Shown: piece by piece, positions 44,756 to 56,567 of the stretch
Position numbering within the stretch: position 1 is the first letter of the stretch
Layout of the letters: every line of letters begins with the position of its first letter
NCBI GenBank assembly: GCA_004764695.1
Contig: SMSO01000014.1
Coordinates: 4,164,845-4,228,844 of the forward strand
Reading direction: 5' to 3'
Length of the DNA stretch: 64,000 nt
DNA from: Schizochytrium sp. TIO01
Taxonomy: Eukaryota > Protista > Bigyra: Labyrinthulomycetes
The notes under the pieces: generated by a model
The model's database searches: none
Seen by the model: only the letters and a program-made list of their open reading frames with translations
What the model was told of the DNA's origin: nothing
Made by a program: the position numbers and the translations under genes

Positions 44756-47429
44756 TCAGTCACTCGACTTGCGGCGTTTTGCAGCACTGCCCTCGCTCTC
44801 CAACTGCTGTTGCAACTGTTGGCCCTGAAGAAGCTGTGCCTGGGAAGGAGATTGAGACCGGTTCAGAAGAGACGCAAGGAAAGCATTTGAAAGGGTGGAC
44901 TCATGCGGGCGTTTCGTGCCACTGCCACCACCGGCAGCTTGCTGAGCGAGTGTAACGTTACCCACACCTTGGTTAGACACGGTACCAGCTGTGCTTTCGC
45001 AACTACCAAGACCCGCTGCCCGAAATTGAGCTTGTTGGGCAAGCATAGCCAAGGTGTCCAGAGTGCGCGTGAGCGAAAAAGGTGTTGTTTGTGCCAATCC
45101 AATACCTGGTTTTTCCATGCCTTGGACGCTGTCATTCATGACAGAGTTGCCTTCACTAGATGTCGAATTATCTTCAGAAAGGCAACTGCCATTTCCATCT
45201 GTTCCACCAATGTTTTGCCCGTCTCCTGAGAGTTTGCTACGAACAGAACTCAACAGAGCACTGGTGTTCATCCCGATTACCCCGCTGGCAGTGACGGGAG
45301 AAGACGAGGAGGAGATGGCAGAAACAGGCATGTTTTGATAAATATTGGCGCGGTCAAAGGCATTACGAAGCCAGCTGACACCTTGCGTTCTCTCCAAAAG
45401 CAAGTGAGCCTGCAAAAGCTGCTTGTGAAATTCAGGCTCGGTACTAAGGCGCAAAAGGCTGTCGGGTACATGTACATTGTTAGGACCGGGGCTCGTGGCT
45501 TCTCCGCTCAGGGTACCACCTGCATTGTTTGCCCCATGGTTTTGCGCTAGCATCAAGGATAAAAGGGATGGAGAACTTGGCCTCAGCCCTGTAGAAGTAG
45601 CTTGAGAATGTTGCTGTTGATTTTGTCCGCTGCTAGATGTGGGGGAAGCAGGAGTCGAAGAGGTCTTTTCTGCTGTTGCAGCTGACATCAGTTGGCCCAG
45701 AGAGGGAGGTAGAGTGGCCGCAGAAGACGATGGTGACGAAGAGCCCAATGGAAGTTCTGTGCTTCCCTGAGAGGGTCTGGGTGTGGCTTTGTTGCTGTTA
45801 TTGTTATTGTTATTGTTGTTGACACTCTCCTCACTGGCCGGGCCACGTGTAATGGGAGCTGGTGCAGAAAATGCAGAGACATTGGATTGGCCGGTGGGCT
45901 TAGGAGATCCAGAAGGAGCAGATGAGGTTTCCTGTGTCTGCTGTTGTGGTTGGTTTGTTTTGGCAATACTATCAATGGAACGGAACTGATCTTCCACGCT
46001 CTTGATAGCAGAACGGAGCCATGGATGGACAACAAAGGGTTGACAATCGACCAGCTTGAGAAGAAATTGGTCCTTTGTGCGGAATCCAGTCATTTTATCA
46101 TGCTTTTTAAGGATCTTGGTAAATCCAGCGTAGTTGAGAACTGCGTAGTTCTCAAGCATGAGAAGCTCCATGTGCATACGCGTGCACATTTGCAGAAGCT
46201 GGTGGTAGTTTTGCAGTGTGATACTTTTCGTGTTAACTTCACGAGAATAAGTAGCCTTGAGGTTAACAAGCTTGCGGAGAGCACGGTACTCGAGGTCCTT
46301 GAAGCAGGTTGCAACCTTCTTCAACTCCTTGCGAAGCAGCAAAAAGAAACGGCGTTCATCCTCTGACGCCTTGAGCTGTGTCTTCTGGTCGCCCTTGTCC
46401 TCCTTGGTCGACTCACGCACACCAGCTGGGATCCTTTTAATGAGTTTCTTCAACTGCTTGTAGTCAAGCCACATATCCTCGCTACATAGTGTTGCTGAGG
46501 TGGCCGAAGCCTATTTGCATATGAAATTGACCGGCGCGCATTCCCGTCACAGCAATCCAAGGCAAGAGTACCATTGTAAGAAGATTGTACACACCATAAG
46601 TAGTCAGAAAGCAGTTCGCACAATAATATACAGATCAATCACGTCAGTCCATTTACCATTCTCAAGTACTTCTGCCTCCTCCCCCCTTCCCCGTTTTCTG
46701 CAGCCCATAGATTCTTGCTCAATACCAACCGGTCCACGCTTTATGCCAACACGATTTGAGCGCTTCGCTCATTCATGATTAAAGGCGCTGGCGCTTTGCT
46801 GAATGCTCTCGTTTGTACCTATAAAATACTGCAGCATCATGCACCTCCATTCCGCCCGCCTCATGATGAGTTAAGTTTTCAAGCTTGTACAGAGTGATTT
46901 GCCTCTCCACAATATCGACTGGACGCATCTCCGCAGATCATCTGCACGTCTTCGTGCACTCTTGGCGCAGCATGATGATGGATGGCATTAGACCTTGGAA
47001 GGTCTTCTTCTCCAACACCTCATATCATCCCTAATAGCAGATCACATATTGTTAAGAAAGAAAGAAAGAAAGAAAGAAAGAAAAAGAAATCGCCACTGCT
47101 TTGCCGCAAACAACCCTGGCGCAAAAAGCCACGCACGAACGTCCCAGGCAGGTTCTTTCAGGGACGATTCCGGTGCCCCGCTGCCTCTATACGGCCCTGC
47201 CTTTGTCTCTTCGCAAGCTTCTCAGGTCTTCGCTTGCTGCGCCGCCGCTTCACAGTTCGTTCGTTCGTTCATTCGTTTACATAAACAAACAAAGAAACTA
47301 GTAGATCATTTCTTCTTTCTGCCCATCCAATCGTCGCCCTCGTCGGACCCGCCACGCCTCTGCCAGGTCAGCTTCCCGGCCGGGGCCGCGCCAGCTACTT
47401 ACCGCAAGGATCTGCTTCCCGAACTTCAT
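44756..47429 (-). CDS. SPX-domain (inositol-pyrophosphate/phosphate sensor) protein with long disordered tail; 2 exons: 47429-47403 and 46510-44756
   Basis: Exon 1 MKFGKQILA followed by GTAAGT joins in phase 0 at TAG| to ASATSATLCSEDMWLDYKQLKKLIK; also ELKKVATCF and LENYAVLNYAGFTKILKKHDK (SPX basic cluster); 892-nt intron. Confidence 0.9.
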
Positions 47430-49001
47430 CGCAGCAGCCGCCGCGCCGCTGGGGTCGTGCCGCCTTCTGCTCCACCAGCGCGCTCGCGATTCTGTTCTAC
47501 GAGGCCTCGGCCAATCCGCTCTCCCTCCCTATTTCCCCGATTTCCCCGTGACCCTTGTACGGGTCCCTCCCTCGGTTCTTGCCACAGCCGCTCGAACCGT
47601 GTGGCAGGGGCGCCTGGCAGCACCTGCGTGCTCTGTGAGGTGCTTATTTGGGAGACCTACCGGCTTGCCGCTTTTGAACAAAACCTGGGGTCCGGAGGCG
47701 CATTTCATGCTGCGCTAGCGCGGTTTCTCGTCGAGGTTCGTTCTGCAGGAGGGTTCTGAGACGAAGGAACAACCTGAAAGAGAAACTAAGAGAAAAGAAA
47801 AGAAAAGAAAAGAAAAGAAATTATTTTATTTATTTTTAAAGAAAAAGAAAAAGAAAAAGGAAAAAGGAAAAAGGAAAAAGAAGAGGTCCACTTACGCCAA
47901 ACAGTAGCAGTAGTATAGGAGTGCGGAACAAGCCCTCGGTACGACCGCACGAGTGGAAGAGGGCCCTTTAAAGAGCGCGGTCGTTCGTTCGTTGTTTCGT
48001 TGTTTCTTTCGAGGTTCTTGCGAAGTCTGCGCTCTATATGATGCGTCTTCCGTCAGTGCCCAGTGCCAGTGAGCTTTTGTTCTTATTCATCTCCATTTCT
48101 GCCGCTCATGGCAGAAGAACTTAGGCAGGTACCTGAATATTGATTGATTGCTCTCTCTGGAATACGAAGAATCAATCAATCAATCAATCAATCGCCTTTT
48201 GTATTGTTTCTATTTTTATTCTACACATTTATTCATAAACTAAAACTGTCTCAACCAAAGTAAGACTGCTACTATTAATAATAACGATGATAATAATAAT
48301 AATGATTCTTACTTTTCCCTTAGGTACCTATTACTACATTTCGTAGTGATGACTCGCATTATTATTTTTACTTATTAAAAATAGCAATTCACTATTACTT
48401 ATTTATCTTTGAAAGCATCATCCAATTAGGAGCCATAGTAGAACTAGAAGTCAGTCAGTAGGGAACCTCTACGAGGAAACAAACAGTTCATTTCTTTTTA
48501 TTTGATTAATTTTTAAAATGCCAGAAGCACACAAGCGCTACTTAGCATAAAGAGGAACAAAGCTCAAAGAAAGAAAAAGAAAGAAAAGAAAAAGAAAAAG
48601 AAAAAGAAAAAGAAAGAAAAAGCTAGTAGGTAGTAAGTACATAGGCAGCGGTAGTCTATTTAATTAAGGTAACAGCGCAGCGTAGTAAGTAAGTATGCGA
48701 TTCTGTTTAGTTTAGATGGGAACGTGAGGATGAAAATAAAATAGAATATGCATTGATCGTTCTCTCACCCACGAACGATGAGGATGAATGAATGAATGAC
48801 TGACTGACTGCGATTGGGGCTGTTGTTCTGGTAATTCTTTGTGCAATTGGCCAATGGGAAGGAGCCCAAGCTATCTTCACTGAAACCCTCCTTCGCAAGT
48901 AACGAATGGGTGCTATGAGATACCGATTTCAGCACGGAGGCTGGCGCTCCTGCTTTTCGCTCTTTGGTTTCTCCGCGGATCTCTATTTCCAGTTGGACCT
49001 C

Positions 49002-49123
49002 TTCTTCGAATTCTTCGAAATCTTCGAAATCTTCGAATTCTTCGAAATCTTCGAAATCTTCGAATTCTTCGAAATCTTCGAATTCTTCGAAATCTTCGAA
49101 TTCTTCTTCTTCGAATTCTTCGG
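49002..49123. repeat. 9-bp minisatellite WTCTTCGAA (about 12 copies)
   Basis: 11 contiguous TTCTTCGAA/ATCTTCGAA units at 49002-49100 plus degenerate copies. Confidence 0.95.
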
Positions 49124-52100
49124 AGGCGCTCCTCAGATCGAACTGTTTGGTCGAGGAAAACTTATCTGTGCTCGTAAGTCTAGACATGCGTATGTTTGTA
49201 TGTGTATGTATGCATGCATGCATGTATGTATGTATGAATTGGTCGGTACGTGGAAATGAGCTTCCAGGTTGATCGCTGAGGTCAAAGCGAAAGCCATTGT
49301 GCAATACACGCCGCAAAATTCAAGACATAGAAGCAGTTGGGCGTGTCAACGAACGAATGAAATCGAATGAATGAGTGAATGAATGAGTGGATGGATGAAT
49401 GAAAGGTCTTCATGCAAAAGCAAAGTTGAAGTGCTGTGGTTAGTATACAGGACCGGGGTATTTGATAAAAGGAAGAAAGAAAGAAAGAAAGAAAAATTAT
49501 TTTTGGTTCAATCATGTTCTTTTAAAGACAAATACGCCGCTTCTGCGAGAATGCACATGGATGAATGTGTGTTAGCAGCGCTGTGCTTAGCTCCAACCAA
49601 GGTGGATTTTGTGGAGCCCTTTGGAGCAACAGGCAGCGGAGAAATCTCGTGGAGCTTTTGCACGTCTTGGCCAGCAAGCCAGCCATGGGACTGTCTTGGA
49701 GCCTAGTTGACACGGAGTAAAAAGAAACCTGCACGAGCATGTACCTAGATAGCTAGGTAACAATATTCATGGCATGCATGGACATGACGTTTGATGTGCA
49801 AAAGGCCCATTCAATCTCCAACCTGAAGGTAAGTTTGCTTCCTCCTGAGGCTTGCTTATTCAGAAAACGTCGACCAAGTTGGTCAAGATATATGGTACCT
49901 CATTTTGATTCGATTTTGATTAAAATCGATCGCGCTTGAGCAAGGCAGTGAGTGCATTGCATTGGATTCATCCCCTTGGAGTCCTTCGGGTGAGCCTGCC
50001 TGCAAATTATGAGATCCAACTTGCAATCTGGTCTCCACCGTAAGGAAGGAAGCCCGGCTCGAGGCAGAGCAAGCAGGTGGTAAAGCAGGAGGCATGCGTC
50101 TATCATCAATCAACGAACCAACCTCGACTGCTGCTCCACGACTTTCTTCATTGGCCATTGTCCACAACAACATCGTCATTGCTTCAATGAATGAATGAAC
50201 AAAAGTAATTCTTAGTTTTCCATTCTTCCCGTTCCCTCAATAGTTCTTTGCCTACATCAAAGATGTTCTAAAAGGCAGAATGCGGCATGGTAGTAGCACC
50301 AAATCTTCAGCTTCTACCAGCCGAGGACTTGAGCGAACCTTTTCGTTATGGAGGAGGCGCCTCGCCTCCTCTTCCTCCTCCTTTGGGCTTTGCCTCCATT
50401 CGAGCAGGTCGACCAAACTTCTTCTGCTCACGCATTCCATTCGCTTTCTTTCGTCAATTCCGTGGCTTGCGTATTTGGACTTCTTCTGTGGGTTTCACCA
50501 TGTGCTTTGTAGACGAGTGCAACGTAAGTAATAAGGAGGTTATAAGCGTCATCATGTGAGAATAGCCGCAAACCACCACCAGCCGCCTCCACTCGTTGCG
50601 TAGTGCTGCGCTTTGCGGCTCTTGATTGCCGGGATGTCCGAACCTGCTCGCTGCAAAGGTTGTATGCCCCTGATAACCAGTCCCGATCATCGAGACTTTC
50701 TTTGCTTCTCGAGCTGGAGTAGACCTCTTCTTCTTCGCCAGACGGACCTACGATCTTCAATTCAGATTTTATTTTATTATTTTAATTAATTAATTCTTTT
50801 TTATTCAGTATATTTAAGAATGAGGTAAAAACTGCTAGCTATAATTTAGGGCTGAACTCCATTTCTGTGAACCAGAGCGTGAATACACTGGAGGAGAGCA
50901 CTGCCGCCACGGACAGTGGGCGACCCAAAGACAGATTCGCGTTTTGCCATTTGCAAGCGGGGAGTTCCTGGTGCTCTTGGTTGGTCTTCAGACGGCCTCC
51001 GTTACTATCGCTGCAATGATTTGAGTGGCTTTGTATGTTTCAACATCCCTTCTTTGATTTTCAATTTCTAACAATCAACTTAAAATTTTGTGGTTTAATT
51101 GATTTGTGATTTTTTTTTTTTTTAAATATTTGTTTTTAATTAATTAATTGTAAACGATCTTCGATGAAAACAGAAGGCGCAAAAGTGTTCTGACGCAGTT
51201 CGACAACAGTTGAGAACGAGGGTCGAAACCAAAGAACGAATCTTGGGCAAACCAAAGACAGCACCGTGAACAGAGTAGGCTAAGCTCCGCGCAATGGCCG
51301 TTGTTTCATTGCAGCGATCGACGAGAAAGACATCTTGCCAAATACGGGAGTGCCTTCGTGGCAGAATTGCAGCTTTTTAAAGAAATGACTAAGGACCTAG
51401 AATCCAAGTGAACGAACACGCGCCGCAATTAACGCGAATTGGCGATTTGCGAATGACTGACTTTGCATGCAATTCAATTCGACCGCCAAATGAGGTCTTT
51501 AGTTCATTCAGGCGCGCCCGATACCATCTCCATGAATTGAGTTTGGTTTTCCTGCTGGCAACGCGAAGATCGCCCCGCGTACGTTCATTGATCGCCGTCG
51601 CCATCGAAATCGCCAGAATTGCTGACACAGGTACCTGGCATTCTTGCGAATTTAATTTAGACAGCGATACTTCAAGTGTAAGGTCACGGTGCAAACCATA
51701 TCGTAGTGTGCTTTGCCTCCATTCTGCACCAGCAGTGCACTGACGACGCTGTGGCTGGCAATGGCAAGCAAAGCAAAGGCCACAGCAGCATTTAGAAGAA
51801 AGCAACTCACTCACTTACTCACCCACGCCTCCAGGGCGACTCCGTTGAGGGCTATAGATCTCAATTGCGGCAAAGAAGCCAATAAACCTTGACCTCGAAT
51901 TCGTTCATTCTGCTGTCATCTCATGTATTTTTATATATTTATTTATATATTTATTTATATATTTAATTAAAATGTAATTAGTTTTATTTTTTATTTTTTA
52001 TGGGTTCGAGGGTGTTTGCTTACGATCATTTGCTTTACATATAGAATTGGTTGTGGAAACCTTAGTTTCAGACTGCCTGCCTGCTAAGCGAATCGAATCG

Positions 52101-52187
52101 ACCCAGACGACCCAACAAGGCAGGGCCTCGTGAAACACCACCGGTAATGCTAGTAGATCAGTCTCCATGTATTCTGTATTACTTCAT

Positions 52188-52238
52188 TTCATTCATTCAT
52201 TCATTCATTCATTCATTCATTCATTCATTCATTCATTC
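52188..52238. repeat. (ATTC)n microsatellite
   Basis: About 13 tandem units. Confidence 0.95.
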
Positions 52239-52621
52239 ACTCGAATGGTAGCTGGGCACTAGCAGTGGATAGCAGCTACCACTAAGCTTTGATCTTCAAA
52301 GTTCTCATGAGAGGTCATTACACAGGTCCCGTAATAGCACAACATGCTGGGGCCTCGCGGAAAAGAATATTATTAAGTCATGGCAATAATATGTATGTGA
52401 TAATGGTAAAGTTCTTGTACCTACGAACTAAAAAGCTCGAGGGCGTGTATCATAAATTCGCCTTCGCTCTACGTTGCAGCGACGCGACACCATTCCAATC
52501 CTCGGCTGCGTCGCGTAGATTGACGACCCAGCTGTGCTTGCATCTTGGATAATCCTTGCAGCTCGCAGACTCGAGCGTGCCCACATCAACGATTATGATC
52601 CATCCACCCATCCATAGAGTG

Positions 52622-52665
52622 ATACATACATACATACATACATACATACATACATACATACATAC
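52622..52665. repeat. (ATAC)n microsatellite
   Basis: About 11 tandem units. Confidence 0.95.
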
Positions 52666-52865
52666 CCAGAATCAGCCTCTACAGAAGAGATAAATGATGA
52701 GGGCAACTATAACTATCGCATGCAGCCAGATCCACAGAAAAGAGAACGAGAGCTGCTTGCTTGCGAGACAAAAATATAGATATCATAGATACAAGTATAG
52801 ATTTTAATTTTGATCGCTGGCGAGAGTTTGAAGAGCTCCTTGCACAAGCTCATTTTTAATGAATG

Positions 52866-53040
52866 AAACAAACAAACAAACAAAGAAACAAAGAAACAAA
52901 GAAACAAACAAACAAACAAACAAAGAAACAAAGAAACAAACAAACAAACAAACAAACAAACAAACAAACAAACAAACAAACAAACAAACAAACAAACAAA
53001 GAAACAAAGAAACAAACAAACAAACAAACAAACAAACAAA
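52866..53040. repeat. Long compound (AAAC/AAAG)n microsatellite
   Basis: About 175 bp of AAAC with interspersed AAAG. Confidence 0.95.
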
Positions 53041-56000
53041 GAGTGTACTTTACAAGAAACTTATCATCATCCCAATCATCATCTCTTCCTCCACAACGAT
53101 TGATTGCTTTCAACTTGGAAACTTGCAAACTTGCAAACAAACACTCAGTTGACCTGTTATTATTGTTTCCAGGAACTCGAGCTCCACTTCAGGTTCTTCT
53201 CCTCCTCCTTCAGGCCCAAGTTCTTCTGCGGACTGACTGACTGACTGACTGACTGAGAGCCACATTCCTCGCGAGGCCAAGGTTGAGATAGATATATCGA
53301 CAGAGAGATTGATTGATAGATTGATTGATAGATTGTGAGATGGCGAATCGTCACCACTGCTGGCGAATCTCTTGCTGTGGTGGCTGAGAGTTTGCGCCCT
53401 GAGAGAGCGCCGAACCGCGCCAATCCCGGCGAGCGGACCACGGCTCGAAAGCTTCGGCAGTCCGGCGCTTGGCGTCTCAAATCCTCGAGCTCGATTGCTC
53501 CAAAGCTTTCTTGAAGCTTAACCAAGGGCAGGGTTGAGAGCGACGGATGGCGCTGCGTCGAGTCTGATGGATTGATTGATTGATTGGTTGGTTGGTTGGT
53601 TGGTTGGTTGATTGATTCCATTTCCGCGGACCGCCATGGCGAAGCTTGGCAAGGTCTTGGGTTTCTTCAAAGTCGGCAGCACATGCCATGAGCCATGCGG
53701 ACTCGAGGAGGCTTGGAGATTGATTGTCTTCGGCAGACGGATAAACTAAACACACATACATACAGACATACAGACATACAGACAGACAAACAGTCAGTCT
53801 GCGTCAACAAAGACTGTTTCCCGGCGCAAAGGAAAACGATAACTCGAGCGCCGGCGAGGACTCGATGGTCCACGGGCTCTCGGCGCCTCCTGGCAGCCAG
53901 AAGAAGATCGTTGGTGAGTGGCGGCGGCGATAGATAGATCGATAGATAGATCGATAGATCGAATTTCGATAGATATTGCCATCGTCCCGAATACTCCCCA
54001 GAGCGAGCGCGGTCTTCCGGATCGAGCACGATGCTGCTGACACTCGACCTTGAGTAGATTCTGCATTTGGAAGGCCAAGATTTGGCAATCTCCGTGGACA
54101 GGAAGGCAGCAAGCAAGCAAGCAAGCAAGCAAGCAATCAAGCTAGCTTAGAAGCCATGACGAACAAAAACGTCGTCGCTCGCACTCACTCTTCGCCGTCG
54201 CAAAAAGAAAGTCGAGGCTGCCGCCGCTCGCCACCCATCGCCTCGTCCAAAGCCGCCGCCGCCTCCTCCTCCTCCTCCGTGGTGGTGGAGGTGGTGGTGG
54301 TGGTGCAAAGGAAGGAAGGAGCCTTCTGAGCAGGCGGCAAGTGAATCGATATCAATGTCTTCTGCTCTAGAGTTAGGAAACGAAATCGAAGACTTGCAAA
54401 GTCCTTCGCATTCGCAGCGAGGAGGTTACTTACTTGCGGCCAGCCAAGGTCAACCAAGGTCAATTGCGGCGCTTCAATGGCGATCTCTGATGGGACAGAC
54501 AGCTGAGCTGCTTTTTTGAGGCAGCTTTGCGACTTAACGATGCAAACTCATCCGCCGCGTCCTTTGCAAATTGATTGCAAACCGAGACGGGCGGCAGCAA
54601 TGGCGTCGGCAATAAATAAATGCTTGCAAGAAACCGCAAAGACGGCATCGATGCTGGTGCTGTCTATCTACACATCGTACGTACCTGACTGAGGCCAAAG
54701 ATCAATCGATCGCTTGATAGATCGATCGATAGATCGATTCATGGTTGATGGATGGATAAATGGATGGATGGATGGATGGATGCGTGGATGCGTGGATTGA
54801 TTGTGTGGTCGCCGCGCGCTGCAAAGGTGTGCGCTCTCGAGACGAGAAAGGGTTTCGCATCTAGTCTGCTTGCCGAGAGAGACGGTCTCGCTCGCAGACG
54901 GCGCGGCAGAAGAGAAGAGAAGAGAAGAGAAGAGAAGATTCTCTCTTTGTGATTCTGTCTGAAGACTCCTCTTTGCTTGCTTTCTCTCTATTCTTGTGGA
55001 CAGACGGGGTCAGCTTGAGGTTTGGAGCAGCAGTGTAGTCGCGCATGGAAAGCAAGCCGCCAAGGCTATGGCTCTGACGCGGACCTCAGCAATCAATGTC
55101 CTGAAAGCTGCAGACCAAGAGCCAACCGAATCAGCCTCCGAATCAGCCTCCTCGCGAAACGAGCCCACCGACTTCGCGGAGCTCGAGATGGCACGCCGCC
55201 ATGGCTAGAGGATCGTGAGCGGCGGTGCACTTGCATAGCATGGACTCCGAGGAGCTAGCGTGGCTCGTCTGCGCGAAGAGGAAGCGGAAGATGAACATCG
55301 TAGTCGCCGTTGCCGTTGGCTGCGAACTCGAACGAGGGAGTCTGGCCAGGTTCCTCCCTCCCGGTTAGTTCGTAAACGAAGAAACGATGGATGGGCTACA
55401 GCGGGCACCCTTTGAGGGGACCGACCACCCGTGCCTGCTTGGCCCTGTGCAAACAAATTACGACGGGTTACATTTGTCTCATGCCGTCGCAGGAGCACGA
55501 GAGGAGGTGGAGAACGACCCACTGCGAAGCTTGCGGTCGTGGAGATCGGAGCCGCCTCGAGCCAAGGTCAGTCAGCCCGTGTAACACTGCCAAGCGCGGC
55601 GATCGACGGCCAGCACCCCCCCCCCACCCTTGACTTGGCTGGCCAGATAATGTAGCATCTTGGAAGTCCCTGAATTGCACTGATTGCGATTGGACTTCGA
55701 GCAAAGCTCAACTGCGCAGAAGCCCTGCACAGAGAATTTCTTGACACCATCCAAGCTGTCAAGAAATTTTGTCAAGAAATTCTGTACCATGGCTAGCTAG
55801 CTCTAGAGATATAGCTAGCTAACTAGCTAGCTAGCTCGTATGGCACACACAGGTGTAGTTTTAGAGGTGTGCACAACAACAGGAGGGACCTTGAGCCTTG
55901 AAACGTGGCAGCGCGAGTCTTGAGACCGATCAATGACATCCTACCTTGGTTTTCTCATTTGTGGGCGATGCCACATGTTGAAACCCTGAACCTGAACAGT

Positions 56001-56567
56001 CATCGCCGCCTACTACCTACTAGTAGCGGTAGTACGTTTGTGAAATTGTACTCTAGCTAAATATGAGCCCATGCAACTTAAAAGTACTGGGCCCTGACCT
56101 TAAATCAAAGGTAAACATCATGTTATCACAAGACAGCCAGGGTAAGATAGTGTTGTCTTGGCATGTATTTGGTTTGCTTAGCATCCGTTCGCCTCGCGTC
56201 CTGCATTGTAAAAAAAGGAGAAGAAAAATAAATTCAAGTATTTTGCGTGGAGCTACTAAAACACTTGTCCGTAGATTGTGGCATTCTTGGGGCTTAATTT
56301 GGGGCTCGATGAATCGGCCACTTCACCTTCCCACGACATTCATATCTGTGAACTCACAGGTCGGCGCTCCTAAACGGTAGTAGAAGCTACAAAAAATCAT
56401 CACAACCATTTATAGATAGGCCTGTATATATTAGAAGATATTAGAAGTATAGTACTTAGATACTAGCTAGCTAGAGCTACGATTGCAATCAACATGGTAG
56501 TATCGAAATCATTCCCAGGCCTGCTTTACAATGGCTTGACCTTGACGTGGATTCTTAATATGGCTTA

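Noticed and set aside
46995-47759. 254-aa + strand ORF
   Set aside because: GC-rich antisense of the SPX intron, exon 1 and 5'UTR
49002-49123. Heat-shock-element array or CRISPR-like array
   Set aside because: GAA/TTC spacing is 0 or 3 nt rather than the 2 nt of nGAAnnTTCn; there are no unique spacers
48765-49316. 183-aa ORF with EEFEDF repeats (and opposite-strand equivalents)
   Set aside because: Product of the 9-bp minisatellite and adjacent microsatellites; no coding-like flanks
52713-53240. ORFs FVCL/TNKQ
   Set aside because: Translations of the (AAAC/AAAG)n microsatellite
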